Assembly: GCA_018817715.1 (NCBI GenBank) | Contig: JAHITT010000006.1 | Location: forward strand, 139,147 to 203,146 | Direction: 5' to 3' | DNA length: 64,000 nt | Source: Patescibacteria group bacterium | Lineage (GTDB): Bacteria; Patescibacteriota; Patescibacteriia; Veblenbacterales; UBA10138 | Shown here: positions 37,615 to 48,051 of the stretch, in pieces | Layout of the letters: each line of letters begins with the position of its first letter | Position numbering within the stretch: position 1 is the first letter of the stretch | The notes under the pieces: model-generated | The model's database searches: none | Seen by the model: the letters and a program-made list of their open reading frames with translations, nothing else | Told to the model about the DNA's origin: nothing | Made by a program: the position numbers and the translations under genes

Positions 37615-38559
37615 CTAGATAACTTGAGCGATTCTTAATTTAGCGCTACGGGCTCGAGAATTTATTTTTATTTCCTGAGCCGTTGCCTCTAAGGGCTTAA
37701 CTGTAATTATTTTTAAACGCGCTTGGTGCTGGCAGCGGCAAACCGGATAAGCTGGCGGACATAAACAATTTTTAGCTTCTGTTTTAAAAAAATCTTTTAC
37801 TATTCTATCCTCGCCAGAATGAAAACTAATTATAGCCAACCGACCACCCAACGATACTAATTGTAAAATTTTGGGCAAAACCTGTTTCAACTGATCCAAC
37901 TCGTTATTAACAACTATCCTTAAGGCCTGCCAAACTAAAGCGGCTGGTTGAAGCGAGTGGCGTCCACCTCCCTTAATTTTATTTACGGCCGATAATAAAT
38001 CCTCGGTCGTACGAAAGGGGGCCAAACGTCTCTGCTCCACAATAATCCGGGCTAAAGTTTTAGACTTAGGCAATTGTCCATAAACTTCAAAAATTTTCCA
38101 TAATTCAACAAAGGTTAAATTGTTAAGTAAGTCAGCTGCTGTTTGCCCTTGGCTAACATCAAAACGTAAATCTAGTGGTCCATCATTTTTAAAAGAAAAT
38201 CCTCTAGTGGTATCAGATAATTGAGCCGATGATAAGCCCAAGTCGAGTAGCACTCCAGCCAAGTTGTTAAAGCCGTTAGATAAAGCATAATCAGTTACAT
38301 TAATATAAGAATCCTGAATAAAAGTTACTCGGCCGTTAAACTGTTTTAAATTTACAACCGCGGCGGCTAAAGCGACTTTATCCCTATCCATAGCCAGCAA
38401 ACGACCCTTAGGGCCAGTTGAAGCTAATAAGGCAGCCGCGTGACCTCCACCCCCCACCGTGCCATCAATAAAATTTTGTCCCGGCTGGGGGTTCAGGCCA
38501 TTTATTACTTCTTGTAAAAGAACCGGCTCGTGCTGATAAGTCATGGCATCTAGAGCCAA
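37615..38559 (-). CDS. rsmH: 16S rRNA (cytosine1402-N4)-methyltransferase
   Basis: 314 aa. SAM motif DGTVGGGGHA. Follows mraZ. Confidence 0.9.
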   Translation of the reverse strand: MALDAMTYQHEPVLLQEVINGLNPQPGQNFIDGTVGGGGHAAALLASTGPKGRLLAMDRDKVALAAAVVNLKQFNGRVTFIQDSYINVTDYALSNGFNNLAGVLLDLGLSSAQLSDTTRGFSFKNDGPLDLRFDVSQGQTAADLLNNLTFVELWKIFEVYGQLPKSKTLARIIVEQRRLAPFRTTEDLLSAVNKIKGGGRHSLQPAALVWQALRIVVNNELDQLKQVLPKILQLVSLGGRLAIISFHSGEDRIVKDFFKTEAKNCLCPPAYPVCRCQHQARLKIITVKPLEATAQEIKINSRARSAKLRIAQVI

Positions 38560-38562
38560 TTA

Positions 38563-38994
38563 TTAAACACCTAGTTCACCCAAAGCTTCGGCAATAGCCG
38601 TAGAAGACTTTTCGGTTGTTTTTTTATAAATTGCCCAACGTGACTTATCCCATAATTCCAATCTATCGTATAAACCAGCTACTACTATTTCTTTTTTTAA
38701 ACCGGCATAAGATCTTAAATAATCAGGCAACAAAACCCGACCCTGACTATCTACTTCCACATCCATGGCACCAGCCAGCATTAACCTGGCAAAAGCTCTA
38801 GTATTAGCCTGACTAATCGGTAAATTAGCTAATTTTTTAGCCAAAACATTCCAAGCTGATTTAGTATAAACAAATAAACAGTTGTCCAACCCTCTGGTAA
38901 CAACTGCTCCACTCTTTAATTCAAGTCTAAATTTAACCGGTACGGCTAACCGCCCTTTGTCGTCCAACGCGTGTTGATATTCGCCAATAAACAT
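38563..38994 (-). CDS. mraZ: Transcriptional regulator MraZ
   Basis: 143 aa. Duplicated DXXXR-containing MraZ repeats (DDKGRLAVP, DSQGRVLLP). Confidence 0.85.
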   Translation of the reverse strand: MFIGEYQHALDDKGRLAVPVKFRLELKSGAVVTRGLDNCLFVYTKSAWNVLAKKLANLPISQANTRAFARLMLAGAMDVEVDSQGRVLLPDYLRSYAGLKKEIVVAGLYDRLELWDKSRWAIYKKTTEKSSTAIAEALGELGV

Positions 38995-39255
38995 AAATTT
39001 GCGATTAAGCCCTTAAAAAACTAAAAAATAAACAAAAAGTCAATTCTCTAGGCCAGTTATCAACTTATCCCCACATTTATCCACCTTTCTACCTTCTTAT
39101 CCCATTTTACACCACCTATTTCCAACTGTCAACACCATAAACTAAGCTAAATGTAAATATCGGATAGCTTAAAAAACCAAAAACGTTACGGAAATTATTC
39201 CTGTAACGTTTTTATAGCTAAACTAAAAAAACAAAATTAAACAACTTATACCTAC

Positions 39256-39633
39256 CTACCCCACTCCCGGACCTGAATAACGAGGTTGAATAAAAGAACC
39301 TATTTCAGCCTTTTTTATTCTTTGGATAATAGCCAAAAAAACTTTGTCTTGGCCTGACCAAGTTATTACTGGCACAGTCCAAGCCCAAGCCAAAGCATTA
39401 AGTAAAACACAAGATTGACGAACTTGAGAAAAAGTACCTCCCTCATTTACACCAGCTAAACCTATTATTTTATTAGTCGCTTGCTGGTCAGATAAAAAAT
39501 CAACCAATTTATTTAAAAAAACTTCACGACAACTACCCTCTTTTATTAAACGACGACTAATTAACTTACCCTGACCATCCACCAGAAGCAACAATAAATC
39601 CCTGGTTGTAACAGCGTCCACTAATAAATACAT
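39256..39633 (-). CDS. Short TsaB/YeaZ-like protein (t6A biosynthesis partner), N-terminal domain only
   Basis: 125 aa. Pattern MYLLVDAVTTRDLLLLLVDGQG...IIGLAGVNEGGTFSQVRQSCVLLNALAWAWTVPVI. Confidence 0.4.
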   Translation of the reverse strand: MYLLVDAVTTRDLLLLLVDGQGKLISRRLIKEGSCREVFLNKLVDFLSDQQATNKIIGLAGVNEGGTFSQVRQSCVLLNALAWAWTVPVITWSGQDKVFLAIIQRIKKAEIGSFIQPRYSGPGVG

Positions 39634-39639
39634 AATTAA

Positions 39640-40542
39640 TTATATGGATTTAATCCTAAAATAGGGCCAAACTGTCAAACGACCAATGGCTGCTAACAAA
39701 ATAAAACCACCAACCAATTGCCCAGCTAACAAAGGTTGATTTAAAAAATACCAATTTAAAACCACAGCAATAACCGGCCACAGTAATTCTAAAACAGCCG
39801 CCAAAGAAGCTGGTGTTTTGCGCAAGCCAAAATAATATAAAAACATTGCACCCAAACCAGGACCTAACAAAATAAGTCCTAATTTAATAAGATCGCTTGA
39901 TTGGGGCAAAGAAAAACCTAACCACCCTTGTTGCCAAAATAATAAAATAGCCAAAGCTGGCAAAGCTATTAAAAAACGTAAGGCTGTTACTAATCGATAA
40001 TCAAGATTATTAACCAAATAACGACCAACCACTGTAGCGCACCCCCAACTCACAGCCGCCGTAACTGCCAATAAAGCCCCTAACCAAGCCAGCTTAGACC
40101 CTATTGGCCAAACCGGCCAAGCAAAAGAGAAGGCTGCCAAATAACCACCAACCAAAGCTAAAATCGCCCAATACCAAAAATGCTTGGGTAATTTTTCTTT
40201 AAGCCAAATAGCCGCTAGTAAAAAAGTTACTAACGGTTGAAGCTTTATTAATAAAATACTGGACGAAGGATTTAAATATTTAAAAGAAGCGGTAAAAGCC
40301 AAGGTAGCCAAGGCCGAAGCTACTAAACCGATAAAAATAATAGCCAACCACTCCCGAGCCTTAATTTCCTTCAGTTTAGACCAATTATAAAAAATAATTG
40401 GTCCAACTATAAAAATAGCTATCCCGTGCTCCCAAAAAACAATAGCAGCCGAAGTTAAATTTTGAGTTAACGGCAAACGCAAAAGACTATCCGTCGCCCA
40501 AAGTAAAGCGGCACCAATTATAAAAAGAGACTGCCCATTCAT
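39640..40542 (-). CDS. EamA/DMT-superfamily transporter
   Basis: 300 aa, 10 TM. Confidence 0.5.
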   Translation of the reverse strand: MNGQSLFIIGAALLWATDSLLRLPLTQNLTSAAIVFWEHGIAIFIVGPIIFYNWSKLKEIKAREWLAIIFIGLVASALATLAFTASFKYLNPSSSILLIKLQPLVTFLLAAIWLKEKLPKHFWYWAILALVGGYLAAFSFAWPVWPIGSKLAWLGALLAVTAAVSWGCATVVGRYLVNNLDYRLVTALRFLIALPALAILLFWQQGWLGFSLPQSSDLIKLGLILLGPGLGAMFLYYFGLRKTPASLAAVLELLWPVIAVVLNWYFLNQPLLAGQLVGGFILLAAIGRLTVWPYFRIKSI

Positions 40543-40552
40543 AAATAACCCG

Positions 40553-41119
40553 CTAATCTTCCTGGTTGATATCGTCTACCACTACAACCTTATTACTATT
40601 TAAAATTGTTACCAAAAACTTATCACCTAAACTACGTCTTTCATTATATTCACGAGTAGATAAAACAGTATAATTAATTTCTCGGTTAACTTCTTTTTGA
40701 AAACGTTGAATTATTCGGTTAAGCAAAGTTTTATCCACTCGACCAACTATAATTATATCGGTTGGCATATTTTTCGCACCAGTAAAATGTCCGGTCAAAG
40801 CCAAAAAACGTAACTTACCCGATTCTTTAAGTCGCTTAATTAAATCTTGTTCAATTAAAAGCTGAGACTTAGTTAATAAAGCTTTTAACTCTGCATTCAA
40901 AACAAAAGACGGACTTAACTGATAAAACTTTTTATCGTTTTTTTGCTGGTGAGTAATCATGCCTAAATTAGTCAAATTGGCTAATTCACGACGAACAGAA
41001 TTAAGCTGCTCGTCTATTTTACGAGTTAACTCACGCACGTAAAAAGAACTGTCCTGATTTTCCAAAAAAAACTTCAATAATTTCACTCTTGTCCGCGAAC
41101 CAAATAATTGTTCAAGCAT
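40553..41119 (-). CDS. Putative winged-helix transcriptional regulator
   Basis: 188 aa. The N-terminus FYVRELTRKIDEQLNSVRRELANLTNLGMI is wHTH-like. Confidence 0.35.
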   Translation of the reverse strand: MLEQLFGSRTRVKLLKFFLENQDSSFYVRELTRKIDEQLNSVRRELANLTNLGMITHQQKNDKKFYQLSPSFVLNAELKALLTKSQLLIEQDLIKRLKESGKLRFLALTGHFTGAKNMPTDIIIVGRVDKTLLNRIIQRFQKEVNREINYTVLSTREYNERRSLGDKFLVTILNSNKVVVVDDINQED

Positions 41120-41238
41120 GATTATATTATGACTTTTAATAAACTAACAAATGTCCTAAGCTATTAGTAGAATGGTCTACCCTAAACTTAAGAGAACAGC
41201 TATAGTATACTCAAAGTATAATTATAGGTAAAGTCCTT

Positions 41239-43392
41239 ATGTCTAACAACGCCATTGGCCCGACGGCCAAAGTAGCTACTTTAAATATACCGACCAAAGA
41301 CACAAAAATTACCACTTCCGTCTGGCCAGCCACTAACGGTACTCTTTTGGTACTCTTTGAATTAAATATTTCACCAGCCTTAGCTCAAGATTTTGTAGCT
41401 ACCTTAACACAAACAATTGAAAAACATTGGCCTCAACTATCATTACAAAATCTGCCGGCCGATAATCTTTTGGAACAATTATTAGCTCATTTAAATTTTG
41501 TTTTGGAAGCAAAAAAAAGATTAATGGGTAACCCCTTAGCACCACGCTATCACTTAGCCGTGGCTTTATTACAAGAAAATAACTTAGCTTTATCTATTGT
41601 CGGTCGAGTAAATGCCCTTCTAATAACATCCGATAAAATAAATAACCTAATCAATCAAAGTGGGCCAACCGGTAAACCAATAAGTAAACCAACCTTTGAA
41701 CAAATTACCAGTGGCCGACTGGAAGCTGGTGAAAGTTTTATTTTAGCCAGCACTTGCCTGCTTGATTATTTTTCTATAACTAAATTACAAAAAACACTTA
41801 ATTCACAAAATCCGGGAGCCGCCTTACGAGACATAGAAAAATACATAAACCAACTACCCCATAGCACACCTTTGGGTATAATCGCTTTACGTTTTGGTTC
41901 AGTTTTTCTACCTAGCGGTACTGCTCCATCTTTAGATAAATTAATTAGCACCGAATCAGCCACCTCTCAACTGCTTAAACCAAAATTATGGCAATATTTA
42001 AAAAATAAGTTACTAAAAAACCAAACTAAACCGATTGCGTCCATAGCTCCAGTCAAACCAATGAAAGATAATTTAGTTTCCCCAGAAATCATTAATCAAC
42101 CCGTTGCTACTCCAACCCCAGTATTCCCTCCTAAAATTAAACCAAACCAAGGAAATATATTAGCCAAAATAAAAACCTTTAATAAAAATTTACAAAAAAC
42201 ATTAGCTAAACTAATTTGGCTAACCAGCCGGGAAACAGCCAAAAATACTTTAGCTAATTATTTAGGCCATAAGATAAAAGAATGGCGTCGACTATCTTTA
42301 ACAAAAAAAATAACCTTTATCTTGGCCGTTCTTTTACTAACAGCTTTTTCTACCAGTATTATTTCTTTAGGTCGTGACCGGCTTAACCTAAAAGACAGCG
42401 AACTTTACAATGAATTAGTTACTAATTTAACCGAACAACAAGCTGGTTTAGAAGCAGCCTTAATCTATCACGATGATGATAAAGCACAAAATTATCTAAA
42501 CGAAGCAGAAAACCTCCTTAAACAATTACCGCGCAACTCCTCTTCTAGGCAAGCTCAATATAAAGTTTTACAAGAACATTTAACAACTCTAAAAAATCGA
42601 CTGCAAAGAAAAGCAGACTTGGTCAACTTAAAAAAATTCAGTACGCTTCCTCAAGAACAAAATTGGCTTGGCTTAAATTTTAAACAAAATTCTCTTTTAA
42701 GCTATAGCGTTCAAGGCCAACTTTACCAAACGGACAACCAAGGTAAAACTAAAAAATTATTCGACTTGCCAACCGAACTGATAGAATTAAAAAATGCTTT
42801 TATCACCGACAATGACGGCCCTTTACTTTTTCAAGGCACTAATAACAAATTAGCCTTGTTTAATAATTTACAAAGCCAAGTTAGTTTAATATCAAACCCA
42901 CCCGCTCTCCTAGCCGCTACTTGGTATGATGGAAAACTTTATTACTTGGATGCCGAATTAAAAACCATTTTTCGTAGTCGCCCTCAAGGTAATAACTTAA
43001 ATACTGCTCGTTGGCTTAAAGCCTCACAAGGTGAAATAACAGACGGTTTGGCTATTGGTGTGGATGGTTCTATTTATATTATTACAGCCAATGATCTTAA
43101 AAAATATACCTCCGGGTTATTAAACGACTTTTCCTTGCAACAAATTGATCCACCCCTGCAAAAATTGTCGCAACTTTGGACACAAATAAATAACGATTAT
43201 ATTTTTTTACTGAGTCGTCAGGACAAACGCCTAATAATACTAAATAAACAAGGCCAGTTAATAATACAACTTTACTTCCCGGAAATTAATAACTTACAGG
43301 ATTTTACACTGGATACCAAAAGCCAAATTATTTACCTGCTTGATTCCATAGGGTCTATTTATAAAATAGAACTGGCTGGCTACTTAAGTTAA
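41239..43392 (+). CDS. Large hypothetical signalling-type protein: N-terminal pseudo-PP2C-like domain, one TM, C-terminal beta-propeller-like repeats
   Basis: 717 aa. LSIVGRVNALLITSDKINNL and ILASTCLLDYFS resemble PP2C motifs (vGDSRayl, lLaSDGlwd) with the catalytic Asp replaced. TM at ITFILAVLLLTAFSTSIISL. The C-terminus has repeated strands (KLYYLD, GSIYIITAND, IIYLLDSIGSIYKIEL). Confidence 0.4.
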   Translation: MSNNAIGPTAKVATLNIPTKDTKITTSVWPATNGTLLVLFELNISPALAQDFVATLTQTIEKHWPQLSLQNLPADNLLEQLLAHLNFVLEAKKRLMGNPLAPRYHLAVALLQENNLALSIVGRVNALLITSDKINNLINQSGPTGKPISKPTFEQITSGRLEAGESFILASTCLLDYFSITKLQKTLNSQNPGAALRDIEKYINQLPHSTPLGIIALRFGSVFLPSGTAPSLDKLISTESATSQLLKPKLWQYLKNKLLKNQTKPIASIAPVKPMKDNLVSPEIINQPVATPTPVFPPKIKPNQGNILAKIKTFNKNLQKTLAKLIWLTSRETAKNTLANYLGHKIKEWRRLSLTKKITFILAVLLLTAFSTSIISLGRDRLNLKDSELYNELVTNLTEQQAGLEAALIYHDDDKAQNYLNEAENLLKQLPRNSSSRQAQYKVLQEHLTTLKNRLQRKADLVNLKKFSTLPQEQNWLGLNFKQNSLLSYSVQGQLYQTDNQGKTKKLFDLPTELIELKNAFITDNDGPLLFQGTNNKLALFNNLQSQVSLISNPPALLAATWYDGKLYYLDAELKTIFRSRPQGNNLNTARWLKASQGEITDGLAIGVDGSIYIITANDLKKYTSGLLNDFSLQQIDPPLQKLSQLWTQINNDYIFLLSRQDKRLIILNKQGQLIIQLYFPEINNLQDFTLDTKSQIIYLLDSIGSIYKIELAGYLS

Positions 43393-43420
43393 CAATAAAA
43401 AATAAATAATTAACTACACA

Positions 43421-43456
43421 AAAACACCTTGTGTTATATAACACAAGGTGTTTTTT
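43421..43456. terminator. Bidirectional terminator (30-nt palindrome with flanking A/T runs) between convergent genes
   Basis: aaaaacaccttgtgttatataacacaaggtgtttttt. Confidence 0.6.
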
Positions 43457-43473
43457 AAACCGGCTTGAATTAT

Positions 43474-43878
43474 TTATTTCAAAGTCACTTTGGCACCAGC
43501 CTCTTCCAATTTTTTCTTCATAGTCTCAGCCTCTTCTTTAGGAGCGCCTTCTTTAACTACTTTAGGAGCGCCATCTACCATATCCTTGGCTTCTTTAAGG
43601 CCCAAAGCGGTTATTTCACGCAAAGCCTTAATGACGCTAATTTTATTAGCACCAGCTTCGGTTAACTCCACATTGAAAGAATCCTTCTCTTCAGCGGCAG
43701 CTGGAGCGCCGGCGGCAGCTGGAGCTACGGCCATAACTGGAGCGGCGGCGGAAACGCCGAATTTTTCTTCAAGCACTTTTACCAACTCAGCCAAATCTAG
43801 TACCGAAAGTTTTTCTATTTCGGCCACTAATTTCTCAAACTTAGCTGGCACTACAACTTCTTTTTTATCTTCTGACAT
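43474..43878 (-). CDS. rplL: 50S ribosomal protein L7/L12
   Basis: 134 aa. Ala-rich hinge and conserved C-terminal domain ([26 protein letters not shown]). Confidence 0.9.
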   Translation of the reverse strand: MSEDKKEVVVPAKFEKLVAEIEKLSVLDLAELVKVLEEKFGVSAAAPVMAVAPAAAGAPAAAEEKDSFNVELTEAGANKISVIKALREITALGLKEAKDMVDGAPKVVKEGAPKEEAETMKKKLEEAGAKVTLK

Positions 43879-43924
43879 AATTTCTTCAGATTAAGAATAA
43901 TTAAATTAAAAATAATAAATAAAT

Positions 43925-44446
43925 TTATTTGCTAGACATTGCTTTAAATACCTGCACCAATCCTCGCAAATTGCCTTGCAAAACATTAACAAAACCACTT
44001 AACGGTGCAGCTATGGTACCAACCACCTGACCAAGCAATTCTTGCTTACTAGGCAATTTAGCTAATTCATTAACTTTATCCGCGTTGACAAAAACCTTTT
44101 CCAAAATACCTCCCAAAATTTTAAACTTATCATGACTTTTACCATAATCAGCTAATAACTTGGCAGCCTCTACTTCATCTACCTGACTAACAGCCAAACT
44201 AACACTGCCATTAGGTAAACTAACTTCCGAAGCCTCTTTTAAACCAGCTGATACTAAGGACCTTTTTAAAACAGTCCTTTTAACAACCTCATAACTAATT
44301 CCTTTATCGCGTAAAATTTTACGCAATTCTTGCAAATCCTTAACACCCAAACCGGTAAAATCAGCCATAACAATACCCTTGGCTGTTGTTAAAGATTGGC
44401 TTAAAGAATTAGCCGTGGCTACTTTACTAGAACGTGATTTTGCCAT
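43925..44446 (-). CDS. rplJ: 50S ribosomal protein L10
   Basis: 173 aa. Directly upstream of rplL. Confidence 0.85.
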   Translation of the reverse strand: MAKSRSSKVATANSLSQSLTTAKGIVMADFTGLGVKDLQELRKILRDKGISYEVVKRTVLKRSLVSAGLKEASEVSLPNGSVSLAVSQVDEVEAAKLLADYGKSHDKFKILGGILEKVFVNADKVNELAKLPSKQELLGQVVGTIAAPLSGFVNVLQGNLRGLVQVFKAMSSK

Positions 44447-44640
44447 AATTTTATAAAAATAAAAAATCTGAGGATACTTTCCACAGACTTATAAAAGCTT
44501 TTAGCTATATTATCTAATAGCTAGTGGCTAATAGGCCTCGGCAGGCCCTTGAGGCTTAACCCCGCGTAGGCGGGGACCTGCTGTCTGTGGCTATTTATTT
44601 ACGAAATTAATTATATAGCAACAATTTAGCTATGTCAAGG
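44447..44640 (-). promoter_or_regulatory. Candidate L10(L12) autoregulatory leader / 5'UTR
   Basis: Relatively GC-rich leader with hairpins (ccccgc-gtag-gcgggg; gcctc...gaggc) upstream of rplJ. Such leaders are known in many bacteria. Confidence 0.25.
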
Positions 44641-44685
44641 TTTTAAATAAAATCGGCACCGCTATTACTAGCAGTGCCTTAAAAG

Positions 44686-45660
44686 TTACTTAACAACCAC
44701 ATTAATTCGATGGTTACCTTTCACCACCAAATTACCAGTAAAAGATGGATTAGTTTCCATAAATATCAATGGGTCAACTTTTACTAATTTGGCTAAATCA
44801 TCAATTTTAATATTTTTTTCCAACTTAATACTAACTTTGGCTATTCTTTTAAAAAGAGAATCATACTTTTGTACATCGATCAAACCAGGTAAAAATCTAT
44901 CCGGCTGGCTAAAAATTAATTTAACAGCCATAATCAGAAAAAAATATCGCCGAGTTTCGTTTGGCAGCCGTAGAACAAAATAATTATCAGTTTTTTGTTC
45001 TAACATCTGTTTTTGCACCCTAGCTGAACCGGCGTTGTAACAAGCCAGAGTTATGGGCCAACTTTTATTAGCTTGATATAAATCAGCCAAATGTTTAACC
45101 GCTGCCTTGGTAGCCGCTATAGGATCGCGCCGCATATCCAAGCCTTGCTTAACCGGCAAATTATATTTTCGGCCAGTTGATTCTATAAATTGCCATAAAC
45201 CAACCGCTTTAGCCACCGAAATTATAGACGGATCCAAACCACTTTCCAACAAGGCCAGGTACTTTAAATCCTGAGATAAACCGGCAACAGTTAATTCATT
45301 TTCAAATAAATCAAAATACCGACCCGACCTTAACCAGGACAAAAGCAAAAACTGTTGGCGTTGCAAAAGAAAAGTTATTTCTGTTTGTAACCTTTCCCTG
45401 ATAAATTCATTTTGCATAGTAAATAGGCTGTCGCAAAATAAAATTTTTTCCTCGGGATTAATAACAAAATTTATCAACTGCCCCCGACTTAAACTGTCAG
45501 CTAAACTTTTTGCGCCATCCAGCTGACTGATCAAAATACTGTTCTGTTTATCAAGCTGCCTGATAATCAAGTCTTTTTCCGTATTTTTAACCAGACTATA
45601 ACCCAACCAAGCTGATAATACGACAAAAAATACGATGATAAACCTATTATCGTTTTTCAT
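44686..45660 (-). CDS. Membrane-anchored lytic transglycosylase (SLT domain)
   Basis: 324 aa. SLT catalytic motif ESGLDPSIISVAKAVGLWQF, and ACYNAGSARV. Confidence 0.7.
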   Translation of the reverse strand: MKNDNRFIIVFFVVLSAWLGYSLVKNTEKDLIIRQLDKQNSILISQLDGAKSLADSLSRGQLINFVINPEEKILFCDSLFTMQNEFIRERLQTEITFLLQRQQFLLLSWLRSGRYFDLFENELTVAGLSQDLKYLALLESGLDPSIISVAKAVGLWQFIESTGRKYNLPVKQGLDMRRDPIAATKAAVKHLADLYQANKSWPITLACYNAGSARVQKQMLEQKTDNYFVLRLPNETRRYFFLIMAVKLIFSQPDRFLPGLIDVQKYDSLFKRIAKVSIKLEKNIKIDDLAKLVKVDPLIFMETNPSFTGNLVVKGNHRINVVVK

Positions 45661-45867
45661 TTGTTCACCTTTATTTTTAATTTACTTTTTTATTATCTTT
45701 TTAGCTTTCCTACTACCTTAATACTGATAAACCAACTCTGTCAACTAAATTATCGCCTCCCCTTACGACTGACTAAATACTATTCCTTAGCATATTTATA
45801 AAAACTTTAAAATAACTCTTCACCATCTTGGAAAAGTTTTTTTAAAGTCTTAATAGACTAATTTAAA

Positions 45868-46911
45868 TTATCTTAAATATTTTTGCTTGGCTGCTTTATG
45901 CTCGTCAAAATTTCTAGAATAAATAACCTGCCCCTGCGGAGTAGTTAAAAAATACCAATAATCGTTAGCTTTAGGGAAAAGACTGGCCCGCAAAGACACT
46001 AAACCGGGGTTACTAATTGGTCCTGGCGGCAAACCACGATATTTATAAGTATTATAAGGAGAATCAATCTTTAAATCCTGCAAAGAAACTGCTGGCGAAC
46101 TTTTACCAGTGGCATAGTTAACAGTTGAATCAGCCTGCAAACCCTGACCAACGGCTAAGCGGCGCCAAAAAATATCCGCCACCATAGCTCGATCAATATC
46201 CGTTTGAACTTCTCTTTCCACAATACTGGCCAAAGTAACCAAACTATGAAGGGAAATTTGTCGCTGGTCTAATTCTTTAAGCCAATCCTCATTTATTTGT
46301 TTTTGAAAATGACTTAACATTTTTTCCAAAATATCCTCTAGCTTACCCGAACGATAAACACGGTAAGTATCGGGAAACAAATAACCTTCCAAGTTGCCAT
46401 TTTTTACAGCCCCAGCAAATAAAGCCGGCTTTAAGTCAGGATATTTAACCAAAAAATCCGCCGGTTTATTAGTCAAAGCTTTAAAATCCTTAGCCGTTGT
46501 TAAATCATTACTAGCTAAGTAATCAGCCATCTGATTAATTGTCCAACCTTCAATAAAGGTTAAAGATAATTCATTCGCCGGCCTAACCCCACCAGTTAAA
46601 AGCTTGGTGATATTAACTACATTGGCATCGCTAGGTAATAAATAATCGCCAGCCACGAATTTTTTTTCGGCTCTTTTAAGCCATACCCAAGTTTCAAACC
46701 ACCAACGATTACGAATAAGATTGTTCTGCCAAAGATTATAACCAATTTGTTTAACACCTTCACCAGCCACCACGGAAACAGGTGTTAAAGAACCCGCGGA
46801 TCCAACCGGCACATAAAATTGCCAAAACACATAACCGCTTAATAAAACTACTATAAATAAACCAATGGCTGATAGTTTAAAAAAATTACGCTTTGGTTTG
46901 TTAAAAAACAT
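45868..46911 (-). CDS. mltG: Endolytic murein transglycosylase MltG (YceG family)
   Basis: 347 aa. N-terminal TM, and a YceG-like core (LTFIEGWTINQMADYL, IVEREVQTDIDRAMVADIFWRRL). Confidence 0.75.
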   Translation of the reverse strand: MFFNKPKRNFFKLSAIGLFIVVLLSGYVFWQFYVPVGSAGSLTPVSVVAGEGVKQIGYNLWQNNLIRNRWWFETWVWLKRAEKKFVAGDYLLPSDANVVNITKLLTGGVRPANELSLTFIEGWTINQMADYLASNDLTTAKDFKALTNKPADFLVKYPDLKPALFAGAVKNGNLEGYLFPDTYRVYRSGKLEDILEKMLSHFQKQINEDWLKELDQRQISLHSLVTLASIVEREVQTDIDRAMVADIFWRRLAVGQGLQADSTVNYATGKSSPAVSLQDLKIDSPYNTYKYRGLPPGPISNPGLVSLRASLFPKANDYWYFLTTPQGQVIYSRNFDEHKAAKQKYLR

Positions 46912-46923
46912 ATTTGTTCAAAA

Positions 46924-47991
46924 CTATAAATATTTTATTAAATCGGCTGGCTTTAACATAGCCACCAAATTTTTAACAGCCTGGGCTTTATTAATCGGAC
47001 AAATCAAAAGAACTTCTTTGGTATCTATAACGGCCATATCTTTAATTCCAGCTGTAGCTATTAAACGATCACTTAAACTATAAATCAAATTATCGGTCGA
47101 TTGCCAACCCAAATACTTTCCTTTGACAGCATTAGTTTGAGTTTTTTTCTTAATGATATCAAAAACCGAACGCCAATTACCAACATCCACCCAGCCAAAA
47201 TCAGCCGGCAAAACCAGTAAATTATTAATTTTTTCCACTACGGCGTAATCAAAAGCAATTGATTTTAATTTAGCAAAAGAATTAGCCGAAACTGTATAAT
47301 AATCGGTTTTTTTTAAAATCGATTGAGTTTTTAAAAATTTAAAAATAGCCGACGCATAAATCGATAAGTTCTTTTCCAAGGTAACTGGTTTAAAAAAGAA
47401 AATTCCCGAATTCCACAAATAATCCCGACTAGCTAAATATTTTTCCGCCTGATCAAGTAACGGTTTTTCGGTAAATTTTTTTACTCGGCAAGCCGGCTTT
47501 AATCCTTTAATCGTTTGGCCGACTTTTATGTAACCATAACCAGTTTCAGCATAACTTGGTTTTAAACCAATTAATAAAATACTTTCCGGTGACTTCTCGA
47601 CAATCTTAGCCGCTTGGCGCAAAACTTTTAAGTAACCAGCTACCCGCTTAATATAATGATCGCTATTAATAGTACCCACTACCTCACCTGGATAAATTTC
47701 GTTTATTACTTTAGCTGCTAAAGAAATAGCTGGCGCGGTATTTTTAGATTGTGGCTCAACAATTAAATGATTGTTCTGTAATTCTGGCAATTGTTTTTTT
47801 ACAGCTGCCAAATTAACCAAGGTCGTAGAAACAAAAATATCTTCTATTTTAAAAGACTGGCGCAAGCGACGCCAAGTATGTTGCAATAAAGTAAAATCAT
47901 CAAAAAAGGGTTGGATTTGCTTGGGATTGTTCGATTTAGATAAAGGCCAAAGCCTAGTACCTGAACCGCCAGCTAAAATTAACAATTTCAT
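46924..47991 (-). CDS. Mannose-1-phosphate guanylyltransferase-like nucleotidyltransferase
   Basis: 355 aa. N-terminus MKLLILAGGSGTRLWPLS. Confidence 0.7.
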   Translation of the reverse strand: MKLLILAGGSGTRLWPLSKSNNPKQIQPFFDDFTLLQHTWRRLRQSFKIEDIFVSTTLVNLAAVKKQLPELQNNHLIVEPQSKNTAPAISLAAKVINEIYPGEVVGTINSDHYIKRVAGYLKVLRQAAKIVEKSPESILLIGLKPSYAETGYGYIKVGQTIKGLKPACRVKKFTEKPLLDQAEKYLASRDYLWNSGIFFFKPVTLEKNLSIYASAIFKFLKTQSILKKTDYYTVSANSFAKLKSIAFDYAVVEKINNLLVLPADFGWVDVGNWRSVFDIIKKKTQTNAVKGKYLGWQSTDNLIYSLSDRLIATAGIKDMAVIDTKEVLLICPINKAQAVKNLVAMLKPADLIKYL

Positions 47992-48051
47992 AATAAAAGT
48001 TTAAATATTCTATCGTAATTCAACAAAAACGACAAATTACTTCCGCCCATC

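Noticed and set aside
43490-43894. 134-aa Ala/Ser-rich plus-strand ORF
   Set aside because: It is fully antisense to rplL (43474-43878). The Ala-rich L7/L12 hinge generates a long open antisense frame. No independent coding support.
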